From contig CAVYCN010000003.1 of assembly GCA_963767005.1 (NCBI GenBank), forward strand, positions 96,001 through 160,000: DNA of 64,000 nt. The letters run 5' to 3'. Of the stretch, positions 11,687-22,266 are shown in pieces; position 1 is the first letter of the stretch; each line of letters opens with the position of its first letter. Origin of the DNA: an uncultured Actinomycetes bacterium (GTDB lineage: Bacteria > Actinomycetota > Thermoleophilia > UBA2241). The notes under the pieces were generated by a model, which was not told where the DNA came from, did no database searches, and worked only from the letters and a program-made list of their open reading frames with translations. The translations under genes were made by a program, and so were the position numbers.

Positions 11687-12212
11687 GCCGGACTTCCTTG
11701 GTGTGCGGTTCAGGGTGCCGAGGCTCAGACGCATGAGGGCCTCAGCCTTGATCACCAACACGTCAGGGGCCAATCTACCGGCCCGGGCCCGCAGCGTCCA
11801 GTGGCGCGCAATCAAGCTGAGCGCTCAGCCCTCGGAATCGACCGCGGCAGTCACCCGACGAGCTGATTTACGCACATTACGCACAAGTGGCTGGCTGTCC
11901 TTTCGTCGAAGTCCGAACCGTCTAGCGAAGCGAGCTCGTTTACGCCGGCTACGTCAAGCCTCCCATGCCACCTACGGCGCCGCCTCGGCTGCCGTGCGCC
12001 CTCGTTCCGGAGATGAGACGATTATGCTCGCCGTTAGCTCCGCCTCGAGTTGGAGCGAGACGGCGCTTGAGCTCAGATCATCGTTCGCTAACTCCCGCAG
12101 GACAGAGTCTGAAACTCAGCGACTGCATTGAGCCGCCCCGGGTTCAGCGGAGACTCCCTCGTTTGAGTCTTTCCTCTTCAATCGTTGCGGTGGTGATGGC
12201 CGACTTCTGAGC

Positions 12213-13025
12213 TCAAACCTCGAAGTCCGCCACGATCGGCACATGGTCCGACATCGCGAACCGCTCGTCGCAGGCCAGCGCCTCACAGCGTACGAGCATC
12301 GCTGCCAGGGCCGCTGAGGCAAACAGGTAGTCAGTCTGGTAGGCGGTCTCCGGGTGTGCCCGGTCGGTGCGCGTGCGCACGTGAAGGCAGTGTTCGCCAT
12401 CGAGACACTGACAGCCCTTGAGCCGACCTGGAGGACGTTCGGCCAGCAGACAGTCGACGAGGCCGAGCGATTCGATGCGCTCAAGGACGCTGCGATCTCG
12501 TGCGTTCCAGCGCGCGTCCCGCGCCGGCCACTGCGTGCTGGTGTTGAGGTCGCCGCCGAGGAGCACGAGCTGGTTGTAGCGGGGGTCGTCGAGGACGGGA
12601 CTGAGCTCGGATAGCGAGCGGTGGACCGAGGCGTCGGAGAGCTCGTCCATCAGGCCGTAGAGCGAGATCGCGCTGACCGGTCCGATCGGAGTCTCCACAA
12701 GGGCCGCCACCCAGGAGCCCGGTCGCGAGCACTCGAATGGCACACCGCGCCTGCGTCCGCGAAACTCGGGCCGTGCGTCTGTGATGCAGGAGAGCGGCAG
12801 GTCGCTCATCACGGCCGCACTCCAGGCCCGCCGCCCCAGGTCTCGACCCTGCGTGCCGGCCCTGTTCCAGACTCCCATGCTGCCCGCCGGGACGATCGCT
12901 TCGTTTAGCAGGGCGATATCGGGCGCAAGAGACGCGAGGGGCTGCCAGGCCGACTGCCTCTGCGCCACGTTCCAGACCACGACCCGCAGAATCCCGTCGT
13001 GCGAACGGGCGGTCTGTGCCTCCAC
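12213..13025 (-). CDS. Endonuclease/exonuclease/phosphatase (EEP) family protein
   Basis: VVVWNV, DIALLNEA, LGGDLN, TDYLF, SDHVPI. GTG start 1 nt after the upstream TGA. Confidence 0.85.
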   Translation of the reverse strand: MEAQTARSHDGILRVVVWNVAQRQSAWQPLASLAPDIALLNEAIVPAGSMGVWNRAGTQGRDLGRRAWSAAVMSDLPLSCITDARPEFRGRRRGVPFECSRPGSWVAALVETPIGPVSAISLYGLMDELSDASVHRSLSELSPVLDDPRYNQLVLLGGDLNTSTQWPARDARWNARDRSVLERIESLGLVDCLLAERPPGRLKGCQCLDGEHCLHVRTRTDRAHPETAYQTDYLFASAALAAMLVRCEALACDERFAMSDHVPIVADFEV

Positions 13026-13026
13026 G

Positions 13027-14316
13027 TCAGCTCCCAGATCCGGTTGCCGCAAGAAGCGCGTCCCGAGACGCGTCTGTGTGCACCCACACAGTCTCGGTCG
13101 CGCCGATGGTCTCGACCAGCCGCTTGAGGTCCTCCGGCCAGGCGTGCCCGCCGCTGTGCGCGAAGCGCGGTTCCACGCCCTCACGCGTCGCCCAGTCGCG
13201 CAGTGCGCTGCTGCGCTCCCAGTAGCCACGCCACAGCGACCAGACCAGCACGGCGTGTTCGGATCCGACCTTGTCCAGAAGCTTGGTGAGCTTCGAGCTG
13301 CCGCGGGTGCACAGCAGGAAGCGCCCGGGCTGGGCGGCGAGCTCGTCACTGGTCACATGCCCCTCGTCGCGCATCTGGCAGACGAGGCGCATGAGGCCGG
13401 CCTGGCGCAGGCGCTCGACCTGGTGATGCAGGAAGGTGACCCGCACCGCGTCCCAGGAGAACTGCGGGATGTTGGCCGAGAGCGGCGCGAGCCTCATCAG
13501 CACGTAGGCCTGGTAGGCGTCGATCACGAGCTGACGACCGGAGCGCCGCGCGGCCTTGTAGCAGGAGACCAGACGATCGACGTTCTGGCCTGAGGCGGCC
13601 ACCGCGAGGAGCTTGTCGCCGTTGGCACGGGCCAGGCCGAGCAACTCCTCCTCGACGTCGAGTTCGCTAGGCAGCCCGTGGCTGCCGCCCGAGCTGCCCA
13701 GCGTCGTGCCCTCGCAGAGCAGCCAGTCGACGCCGCGGAGGCGCTCGTCTGCGAGCAGCCGCTCGAAGCGAAAGCCGGTGCGGCCGTGGGCCCGCAGGTC
13801 GCCGGTGTAGAGCAGCCGCTGACCGTCGCCCTCGACGAGCAAAGCACGCGAGTCGGGCGCGGCGTGGTCGACGGGGATGGCGGTCACGGTGAGACCGCCG
13901 AGCACGACCGGCTCGTCGGTCGGCAGTTCGAGCAGCGTGCCCGGCAGCCCGGCGTCGGGGAAGAAGACGCGGCCGACCTCGAGGATCGCGATTGTGCCCC
14001 GGCTGGCGAAGACGGGGATGGCCGGGTGGGCGTGGTGGGCGAGGCCGTAGTGATCGAGGTGGGCGTGGGTGAGCACGATCGCATCGACATCTGGCGCCGT
14101 CGGGTCGTGCGGATGGAGGCCGGGGACATCCGGCAGGACACCCTCAGCGATCAGCTCCTGCGCGGGCCGCTGCGCCGTGCCGCGGGGAAAGTCGCCGCCG
14201 TCGGGCGCCACGAGCGGCATGCCGAGGTCGAACAGGATGCGGGTGCCGTCATCGGCTGCGACCTCGATGCACATATGCCCGATCTCGTGCTGACCGCTGC
14301 GGATCTGGTAGTTCAC
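13027..14316 (-). CDS. MBL-fold beta-CASP (RNase J-like) nuclease
   Basis: EIGHMC, THAHLDHYG, VDHAAPDS, YTGDLRAHG, CEGT, HSGGHA, VWVHT. Confidence 0.88.
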   Translation of the reverse strand: MNYQIRSGQHEIGHMCIEVAADDGTRILFDLGMPLVAPDGGDFPRGTAQRPAQELIAEGVLPDVPGLHPHDPTAPDVDAIVLTHAHLDHYGLAHHAHPAIPVFASRGTIAILEVGRVFFPDAGLPGTLLELPTDEPVVLGGLTVTAIPVDHAAPDSRALLVEGDGQRLLYTGDLRAHGRTGFRFERLLADERLRGVDWLLCEGTTLGSSGGSHGLPSELDVEEELLGLARANGDKLLAVAASGQNVDRLVSCYKAARRSGRQLVIDAYQAYVLMRLAPLSANIPQFSWDAVRVTFLHHQVERLRQAGLMRLVCQMRDEGHVTSDELAAQPGRFLLCTRGSSKLTKLLDKVGSEHAVLVWSLWRGYWERSSALRDWATREGVEPRFAHSGGHAWPEDLKRLVETIGATETVWVHTDASRDALLAATGSGS

Positions 14317-15293
14317 TAGACGAGCACCCGCCGGTGCTCCTCGAACGCTGCCAGGTCGAGCACCTCGTCTCGGCGCAGCCGAAGCTCCGCATCCACATCG
14401 TCTGCTCGCGGCAGCTGGACGAAGCGCAGCAGTTCAAGACCCTCGGGGTGCTTCCCGGCGGCGGCCAGGAGCCGGGCCAGTGGCGTGCGCAACGAGGCAT
14501 CACGGGCGTCGAAACCAGCGAAGACTATGAAGTACAGCGGCGACTGCGGCGAGAACCCCTCGAAGGGCAGGTCCGCAGACAGCAGACCGAGGCGCTTCTT
14601 CTGCTCGACGACTCCCTCAAGCTCTCGCCTGATCTTCTCGACGTGCCGGCCTTCCTCGGCACCAAGCAGCGCCGCGAAGTCGGTGCCGTGGCCCTCGAGG
14701 CCGCACTTGCCATCGATGGCGCCCCGGTTGCACTTCAGCTCGGCGAGCACGAGGCGGGGTCGCGGCAGCTCGTGCATGTCGATCAGGACCAGGTCGAAGC
14801 GGATACGGGCATAGCCGTACTCGATGTCGACCACCACGAAATCGCCGGCTTCGGCCAGGGTGCGCGCGTCGTTGGCGCGGGCGATAGCCTGCTCGCAGCG
14901 CAGCTCTTCGTGGCGGTGGGCGTCCTTGTCGTGCGCCTGCATGTCTGCCTGACGTCTCGGCAAAGCCGCGACCAGTCGAGCCACGTCCTCGGCGCTTCTC
15001 AACGGCGATGACTCCGGCCCGCTGCCTGCGATGTAGCGCGAGTCGAAGACCTCCTCGAAGTGCTGGGGGTCACGGCCCTGCAGCCTGAGCAGGCTGCCGC
15101 CGCCGAAGTAGAGGTTGGCTTTGGCAGGCCTGATCTCGAGCCGCACCTCGTCGTGAGCGAGCACGTAGTCGAGAAGAGGCCGAAGATGTCCCCCGCTCAG
15201 CGCCTTCATCTGCGGCTCACTGAGCCTGCGGCGAGCCTTCCTGTATTTCGACCAGCCGAACTGGTCCTTGGGGCACGACTTGTTGGTCGCCAC
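14316..15293 (-). CDS. Putative PD-(D/E)xK nuclease-fold protein
   Basis: DIEY...RFDLVL...LAELK pattern. Its TAG overlaps the GTG of the MBL gene (TAGTG). Confidence 0.6.
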   Translation of the reverse strand: MATNKSCPKDQFGWSKYRKARRRLSEPQMKALSGGHLRPLLDYVLAHDEVRLEIRPAKANLYFGGGSLLRLQGRDPQHFEEVFDSRYIAGSGPESSPLRSAEDVARLVAALPRRQADMQAHDKDAHRHEELRCEQAIARANDARTLAEAGDFVVVDIEYGYARIRFDLVLIDMHELPRPRLVLAELKCNRGAIDGKCGLEGHGTDFAALLGAEEGRHVEKIRRELEGVVEQKKRLGLLSADLPFEGFSPQSPLYFIVFAGFDARDASLRTPLARLLAAAGKHPEGLELLRFVQLPRADDVDAELRLRRDEVLDLAAFEEHRRVLV

Positions 15294-15473
15294 GATTCGA
15301 CCTCCTGGAGCACCGACTGCACATGGTAGGTAATCGGGCCGCTCGTCTCGTCGCTTGAGGCACGGGCGGCAGTCTGACCCTCAGAACGCCCCTCCAGGAT
15401 CCCATCAGGCGCGCAGGGCACCGCCGAGCAGGCAGGTGGATCGGCGCGCGCCAAACAGCGTAGAACGCAACCT

Positions 15474-15878
15474 CTAGTGGCCCATCAGGAGGGCAGAAGG
15501 CGACCCCTTGGCCGCGTCGATCTCCCACGCGAAGTAGTCGACGAGCTGAATTGGCCAGTCGTTGGCGGCGTCGAGGGTGCGCAGCTCTTCGGCAAGCTGG
15601 CGCAGTCGCGCAAGGTATCGTCGATACTCGGGCAGCTCGAACATCGACTGCTCCTCGTCGAAGAGCTGGCGCCATCCTCGGAAGTCGATGACCGCGTAGT
15701 CTCCCGGATAGCAGAGAGCCCGGATGGCAGAGGCCACGCCCATGCCCACGCCAGGCAGCACACGCAGCAGGCTGACGCGAGCCTCCATCTCGAAGTCGGG
15801 GTCTGCGTCACGGAAGCCGAGTGCGACTGCGGTGAGGCGCTCCACTCGCGCAGGGGGGCTCTGGGTGTCCGTCGACAC
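15474..15878 (-). CDS. Helix-hairpin-helix DNA-glycosylase-like protein, possibly N-terminally truncated
   Basis: LLRVLPGVGMGVASAI (HhH), YAVIDFR (Asp), VDYFAW. Shorter than typical members. Confidence 0.5.
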   Translation of the reverse strand: MSTDTQSPPARVERLTAVALGFRDADPDFEMEARVSLLRVLPGVGMGVASAIRALCYPGDYAVIDFRGWRQLFDEEQSMFELPEYRRYLARLRQLAEELRTLDAANDWPIQLVDYFAWEIDAAKGSPSALLMGH

Positions 15879-15991
15879 GACGCCGACCGTCCGGGTGGCG
15901 GTGGGGCCGCCGCCCAGAGACAGGCTGACCGACGGTTAGCCCTATCGTCGTAGTGTGATGCTCGTCGCCTCCGGGTATCTCGTCGTACGTC

Positions 15992-16963
15992 ATGATGAAG
16001 ACGCCGCGACGGGTCCTGGTCGCGCTGATCACCGCCTCGTTCCTGGTGACTGGCGTGAGCGGCCTCGTCCTTGCCTTTCCCGGGCGACTCCTCCCGCTGG
16101 TCGGCGGCTCGCTGCTGACCTGGCGCTCGATCCACGAGTGGAGCGCGCTCGCCTTCGCGGTCACCGTCGCGGCGCACCTGGCGCTGAACCGCCGCCGTAT
16201 CGTCGAGCTGTTCTACACGCGCGAGGCGTCTGGACGGCCCGGTCGGGCCGCTGCTGCGTCCAGGCCACGGCCGGTCGTTGTCGAGAGGCCCGAGGAGATG
16301 GCCGACGAGGCGGCCTATGTGCGGTACCGCCAGCGCCTCAGCCGGCGCCGTTTCCTGCTCGTCGCGGGCGGCGCCGCTACGGCCCTGGTCGCGGCCGTCT
16401 TCTTCGGCCGCGGCAGGTCGCACCACAGCGGGTCGCAGACAGTCGACCCGCTTGCCGGCTTCCCCGTGCTCAACATCGAATCCGATCCGCCGGCGGTTAG
16501 TGCGGCCGACTGGCAGCTCACCGTCGATGGACTGGTGACCACGCCGCTGCAGCTCGACCATGCCGCCTGGCTTGCCCTGCCGCGCACCACCGAGACGCGC
16601 GACTTCCACTGTGTCGAGGGCTGGAGCGTCGACAAGCTGAGCTGGTCAGGGGTGGCTGTGGCGGAGCTGCTCCGGCGCGCTGCGCCCCAGGCCCAAGGCC
16701 AGTTCGTCACCTTCCACGCCTACGGCGGCGGCTACTCGGACAGTCTCACGCTGGCCGAGGCGCAGGCGCCCGACACGCTGCTGGCAGACAGCGTCGACGG
16801 CGGGGCGCTGCCGGCTGCCCACGGTGGGCCGCTGCGCCTCGTGATCCCGACGCAGCTCGGCTACAAGAACGTCAAGTGGGTCGTGCGTCTCGAGGTCACT
16901 GCCACCCGGGCGCAGGGCTACTGGGAGACCAACGGCGACTACCCGTCAGAGGCGAGAGTCTGA
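15992..16963 (+). CDS. Sulfite-oxidase-family molybdopterin oxidoreductase (MsrP-like) with an N-terminal two-helix membrane domain
   Basis: DFHCVEGWS, HGGPLRLVIP, GYKNVKW, GYWE. Internal Tat-like SRRRFL. N-terminal WRSIHEW...AHLALN. Confidence 0.85.
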   Translation: MMKTPRRVLVALITASFLVTGVSGLVLAFPGRLLPLVGGSLLTWRSIHEWSALAFAVTVAAHLALNRRRIVELFYTREASGRPGRAAAASRPRPVVVERPEEMADEAAYVRYRQRLSRRRFLLVAGGAATALVAAVFFGRGRSHHSGSQTVDPLAGFPVLNIESDPPAVSAADWQLTVDGLVTTPLQLDHAAWLALPRTTETRDFHCVEGWSVDKLSWSGVAVAELLRRAAPQAQGQFVTFHAYGGGYSDSLTLAEAQAPDTLLADSVDGGALPAAHGGPLRLVIPTQLGYKNVKWVVRLEVTATRAQGYWETNGDYPSEARV

Positions 16964-16974
16964 GGCAACGAGGG

Positions 16975-16992
16975 GCTGCTTAAGAACTTCGA
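16975..16992 (+). repeat. 18-bp direct repeat, copy 1 (gctgcttaagaacttcga)
   Basis: Identical to 19031-19048. Confidence 0.85.
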
Positions 16993-17123
16993 CTCATGCA
17001 AGCCGACCAGAAGACCTGCTCACCCGAGCTTGGCCGACCGGACGCCGACGAGACGTTGAGCCCGGCGGGTGCGGCTCAGGTACTTGTCTCTAGTCCACTA
17101 GGGTGTCCCGGGGCGACCGCGCC

Positions 17124-18821
17124 CTACTTGTTGATCCAGTAGTGCTCGTAGTCGTAGATCCAGACCGGGTGGAAGTAGAAGCCACCGACGCGCTTGGTGC
17201 GCAGCGTCGAGTCCAGCGGTTGGTAGAGCGGCACGATCGGCGCCTGACTCATGATGTAGGTCTGCATCCGGTCGAAGAGCGCAAGCCGGGCGGTCGGATC
17301 GGACATGAGTTGCGCGGCAGCGAGTTGCCTCTCCACTTTCGGATCCCACCAGAAGCTCGGATCGCTGCCCCCGTTGATCGCCTCGCCCTTGCTGAACATG
17401 CCATAGACGAAGTCGAAGGGATCGGGATAGTCCATGTACCAGTAGTTCAAGCCGACGCCGATGGCGCCCGGCTTGGTGATGAGCGTCGCATACGAGGGCT
17501 GGTCCATGAGCTTGAGGTTGGCCTTGATCCCGATTAGGGCGAGATCGTATTGGACGGACTGGATCAGGGTAGGCCAGGGCGCCACGTTGTAGGAGTAGAG
17601 CGTCGTTGAGAAGCCGTGGGGGAAACCGGCCTGAGCGAGAAGCTGCTTGGCCTTGGCCGGGTCGTAGCCGTAGAAGCTACCGGCCGCGCCCGGGACGTAG
17701 CCCGGCATGCCGGACGGGTAGATCTGGTTGAGCGCCTGCGCGGTGCCCGAGAGCAGCTTGACGATCTTGTCGCGATCGACGGCCCAGGCGATCGCCTGGC
17801 GCACCAGGAGGTTGTTGAAGGGCTTCACCGTCATGTTCATGAACAGACAGTCGATCGCGATGGCTGGTTCGGTCACCACCTGGCTCTTCCACTGCGGGCT
17901 GGCGATCAGGCCGGGGTAGTCCGAGGGCGGGATGTAGTCGCCGAGGAGATCCACATCGCCGTCTTGTACCTTCAAGACTGCCGTGGTCGGCGTGATCGAG
18001 AACTCGAAATGGACGGCGTCGAGGTAGCCCGCCGTCGTTCCCGTGTAGTTCGGATTGCGCCTGATGAGGAGGTCCTCAGACGGAGTCCAGTGGTCGAACA
18101 TGTACGGGCCGGTCCCCAGGGGATGCCGGCCGACGTGTGCACCCCATTTGGCGACCCACTCCTTGGCCACCGGCGCAGTGAACGGCATGGCCATGATCTC
18201 CAGAAAGGTGGCGAGCGGTTGCTCGAGTCTGACCTCGAGCGTGTACTTGCCGATCGCCTCATAGCCGCTGATTGTCTTGGCCTTGCCGTCCAGGAAGGCC
18301 TGCGCCCCGACGATATCTGTGTAGAAACCCTTCCCCGGCGCCGTGGGCAGTCTCATCATGCGCTGGAAGCTGTAGACGAAGTCGGCCGCCGTGCACTCCC
18401 GGCTCACCGGCGGGGCGAACCTGATGCCGGGCCTGAGGTGGAAGGTGTAAGTCTTGCCGCCGTTGGTGATGCCGCCGTTGGTCACGGTCGGCACCGCGGT
18501 CGCCATGTCGGGCACCAGTACCGCGCCTGCGGTCCCGGGCGCGGTCGCGTAGTTGAGCAGGTTGCCGAAGATGGCGTGCTCGATGGCCCAGCCGTTGGTC
18601 TCCCAGTCGATCGCCGGGTCGAGCGTCTGCGGCTCGCCCTGGTAGGTCACGACCAGCGTGCCGCCTCGTTGCGGTGCGCTGGATTGGACCGAACTCGCAC
18701 CGCCACCGCTGCTCCCGCCGCAAGCCGACAGCCCTGCGACAAGCACGGCCGCCAAGACCAGGAGGAGTCCAGCGAGTGCGGCCCGATGCGGCGTCGAGTG
18801 TGGGAATGCGGTGCGCTTCAT
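17124..18821 (-). CDS. Orphan family 5 ABC substrate-binding lipoprotein (OppA/DppA-like)
   Basis: Lipobox LSAC, RGGTL, TLDPA, YTFHLRPGIRF, GTGPY, VRQAI. No permease or ATPase nearby. Confidence 0.9.
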   Translation of the reverse strand: MKRTAFPHSTPHRAALAGLLLVLAAVLVAGLSACGGSSGGGASSVQSSAPQRGGTLVVTYQGEPQTLDPAIDWETNGWAIEHAIFGNLLNYATAPGTAGAVLVPDMATAVPTVTNGGITNGGKTYTFHLRPGIRFAPPVSRECTAADFVYSFQRMMRLPTAPGKGFYTDIVGAQAFLDGKAKTISGYEAIGKYTLEVRLEQPLATFLEIMAMPFTAPVAKEWVAKWGAHVGRHPLGTGPYMFDHWTPSEDLLIRRNPNYTGTTAGYLDAVHFEFSITPTTAVLKVQDGDVDLLGDYIPPSDYPGLIASPQWKSQVVTEPAIAIDCLFMNMTVKPFNNLLVRQAIAWAVDRDKIVKLLSGTAQALNQIYPSGMPGYVPGAAGSFYGYDPAKAKQLLAQAGFPHGFSTTLYSYNVAPWPTLIQSVQYDLALIGIKANLKLMDQPSYATLITKPGAIGVGLNYWYMDYPDPFDFVYGMFSKGEAINGGSDPSFWWDPKVERQLAAAQLMSDPTARLALFDRMQTYIMSQAPIVPLYQPLDSTLRTKRVGGFYFHPVWIYDYEHYWINK

Positions 18822-18853
18822 GAAGCCCCCCCCATCAGTGGCGACTCGGCGCG

Positions 18854-18872
18854 ATAATGAGGTCCCATTATA
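18854..18872 (-). promoter_or_regulatory. TATAAT -10 box overlapped by the palindrome ataatg-N6-cattat
   Basis: About 45 bp upstream of the substrate-binding protein start. Confidence 0.45.
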
Positions 18873-18954
18873 GGACGAGCTTCCGGGCGATTGGGATGCC
18901 ACGACGGTGCATAACCGACTGACGATGAGCCACTCCCTCTGCTCTGCGACCTTG

Positions 18955-18995
18955 GCGAAGCCGCCGCGATGTCTCTGCCATCGCGGCGGCTTCGC
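18955..18995. terminator. Perfect 17-bp stem hairpin
   Basis: gcgaagccgccgcgatg / catcgcggcggcttcgc with a 7-nt loop. Confidence 0.55.
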
Positions 18996-19030
18996 TGTCG
19001 GCTAACGGCCTCTTGGGGACTGGTCAGTCA

Positions 19031-19048
19031 GCTGCTTAAGAACTTCGA
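19031..19048 (+). repeat. 18-bp direct repeat, copy 2
   Basis: Identical to 16975-16992. Confidence 0.85.
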
Positions 19049-19211
19049 AACCTCGGCCGGTCTGGAAGACTGAGGATTTGCAGCAGCACGGCCAAATGCG
19101 CCGACAAACAGCCGACACGCTAGAGACGCTAGGTTGCGAAGCGCGATAACCCTGTCCCGGCCACGAGGCCACCAAGTCGTGCCGGACCGCCCATCTGGGT
19201 GCACCCGGCGG

Positions 19212-19727
19212 CTAGCCGACCTCTGGTTCCGCAGCGACTACAGCAGCGGGCTGGGCCATCCGCGTGGCAGCCAGTGAGCCCGCAGTCCCGGCCGCGGCCG
19301 CTGCGGCCAACCAGACAAGACCCGAGCGTTCAATGCCGAGAGCGCGATCGAGCGACCAGCACCCCGGTCCTACCTCGGCCAGCCCCAGCAGGGCGCTGAT
19401 CAGCACGATGTTGTACTCATAGCCGCCGTTGGTGGCCCAGGGTCCCTTCTTCCAGTGCACGGTGCGGATCGCGGTCAGCATCACCGAGACAAGCACCGCT
19501 TCTGCCAGCGGCGTAGCCAGTCCCGAGGCAAGCAGCGCGCCGCCGCCACTTTCGGCCAGTCCGGCGACCAGGGCGTTGCGGCGGCCGGGCACCAGCCCGA
19601 TCGCTTCGAAGCCCTTACCGGTGGCATCCAGACCACCACCCCCAAACCAGCCGAAGAGCTTCTGCGTTCCGTGGCCGATGAACAGAACACCAATCACAGA
19701 GCGCACGAGCAATCGTCCCACACCCAT
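19212..19727 (-). CDS. DoxX-family membrane protein
   Basis: HGTQKLFGWFGGGG, GGYEYN, GPGCWSLD. Confidence 0.9.
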   Translation of the reverse strand: MGVGRLLVRSVIGVLFIGHGTQKLFGWFGGGGLDATGKGFEAIGLVPGRRNALVAGLAESGGGALLASGLATPLAEAVLVSVMLTAIRTVHWKKGPWATNGGYEYNIVLISALLGLAEVGPGCWSLDRALGIERSGLVWLAAAAAAGTAGSLAATRMAQPAAVVAAEPEVG

Positions 19728-19906
19728 GAGACCCCCTTCGCAGTAGATGAGGCCGCTTTCCCCGCCAGACCCTGCGGAGAAACCCGGCCCCAACGTACGT
19801 GTAGAGGGAGCCTTGTCGTCACGCCGGTGACGGATGATCAGGCGTGTCGGCTAGGCCCGCCAGCACGACTCTAGAGACCAGCGTCGGCAACTCGACAGCG
19901 GCAGGT

Positions 19907-20926
<1,020 letters not shown>

Positions 20927-21129
20927 CTGGAGACCTCCTGAACGGCGGATAGCACGTCGGCCTTCTGGCCTGTCGGCCGCCACGGCCAGACCGGCTCACG
21001 CACCGCGCCCCGCGCCGGCGTTGCCCTGCCGCGAACCCGCCCCGATCCATGGTGGGGTCGGTCCATCGTGGGCGCGTTGTTTCATTGCTCCCCTCGAGGA
21101 GGAGCGGACTCGACAAACGACTGCGAGCG

Positions 21130-21603
21130 TCAGCGAGCGACCGGCAGTCGCACTTCCGTGACGTAGTCGGCCGGCGCTGCACCGCTGTCGCTGCCCACCA
21201 GATAGACCTCACTGGCCGGGCCGGCGACCCCATAGCCCAGGGCGTTCAGTTCTTCAGTGAGCGCGGCGTAGCCTGCACCGATCTCCTCGTAGGGGCCCTT
21301 GTGGGTGGTCACGAGGGCGTAGTGAGCGGGCATCGTGTCAGAGCGCACGTCTGTGGCGTTGTCGGGCATCATGCCGTTGGGACCGAGGGCGATCGGGACG
21401 GCGACCTCATAGTCGGCGTCGTCGGGATCAGCGAGGTTCAGATCGAAGCGCGCCATCGGCGGCCCGGCTGTCGACAGGCCAGCCTTGGCGAGGGCGGCGA
21501 AGAGTCGCGCAAAGGGCTCTCGCATTTGTCGCACCGAACCGTGCACGGACAGGTAGGCAATAGGTTGTTCGGGTATCGCGATGAGTTCGACTGCGTTGGA
21601 CAC
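21130..21603 (-). CDS. GyrI-like small-molecule-binding protein
   Basis: HKGPYEEI, EVYLVG, YVTEVRLP. GTG start inferred. Confidence 0.8.
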   Translation of the reverse strand: MSNAVELIAIPEQPIAYLSVHGSVRQMREPFARLFAALAKAGLSTAGPPMARFDLNLADPDDADYEVAVPIALGPNGMMPDNATDVRSDTMPAHYALVTTHKGPYEEIGAGYAALTEELNALGYGVAGPASEVYLVGSDSGAAPADYVTEVRLPVAR

Positions 21604-21641
21604 CAGGGCTCCTCTGCGCGAGCGACGTGTTGTTGGCCCCC

Positions 21642-22055
21642 TCAAGCGGCCGCTTCGACCATCTTCTTGAACTCCTCGAGACCCCGCTCGACGCGGCGGT
21701 TCATCCAGTGGCGTACGGTGTCGGCTTTGCCCTCCCAAGCCTTCGGGTCGTACTCGAGCTGGTAGGTCACCTTCGTTTTGTCGGCACCGAGCTTCTCGAA
21801 ACGGACCTCGCCGGTCTCGCGACCGTCGATTGCCCGCCAGGAGACTTTCTCGTCGGGCACGTGCTCGACGACGTCGGCATCCCACTCATAGGTGTCGTCC
21901 TCGACCACGGCTACCCAGTGGATGCGGTCCTCCTGGACGAGCGTCACCGTCTCGATGGTCTCCATGAAGCTCGGATAGTCCTCGAAAGCCGTCCAGGCCC
22001 CATAGACGTCCTGGACGTCTGCCGCTATCTCGGTTGTCTTGTCTACGAGCGCCAT
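21642..22055 (-). CDS. SRPBCC (polyketide cyclase-like) protein
   Basis: VYGAWTAFEDYPSFM, HWVA, EWDA, GEVRF, LEEFK. Confidence 0.85.
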   Translation of the reverse strand: MALVDKTTEIAADVQDVYGAWTAFEDYPSFMETIETVTLVQEDRIHWVAVVEDDTYEWDADVVEHVPDEKVSWRAIDGRETGEVRFEKLGADKTKVTYQLEYDPKAWEGKADTVRHWMNRRVERGLEEFKKMVEAAA

Positions 22056-22266
22056 ATCCCCTCCTAGCCGTGCCGCAAAGTGCCACGAAGGTACCCTTGA
22101 ACGGTGCCTGCAAATCTGGGCTGGTGTTCGCGGGGAAGTGACGGGGAAGTGACCCTACGGCGCAGTCCTCGGGCGTCGGAACGCGTGGCGCCCATGACTC
22201 CACGACCTGGGGGCCTTTGTACCTTGCTGCACCAGTCGCCTGTGCCGACGCGCCGCCGCCGCCCCG

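Noticed and set aside
11868-11885. Tandem ttacgcaca repeat as an integrase arm site or operator
   Set aside because: There are only two copies and no associated core site or second locus.
18915-18962. Hammerhead-like CTGACGA...GCGAA sequence
   Set aside because: The core is not canonical (GAAG rather than GAAA) and I could not build the flanking stems.
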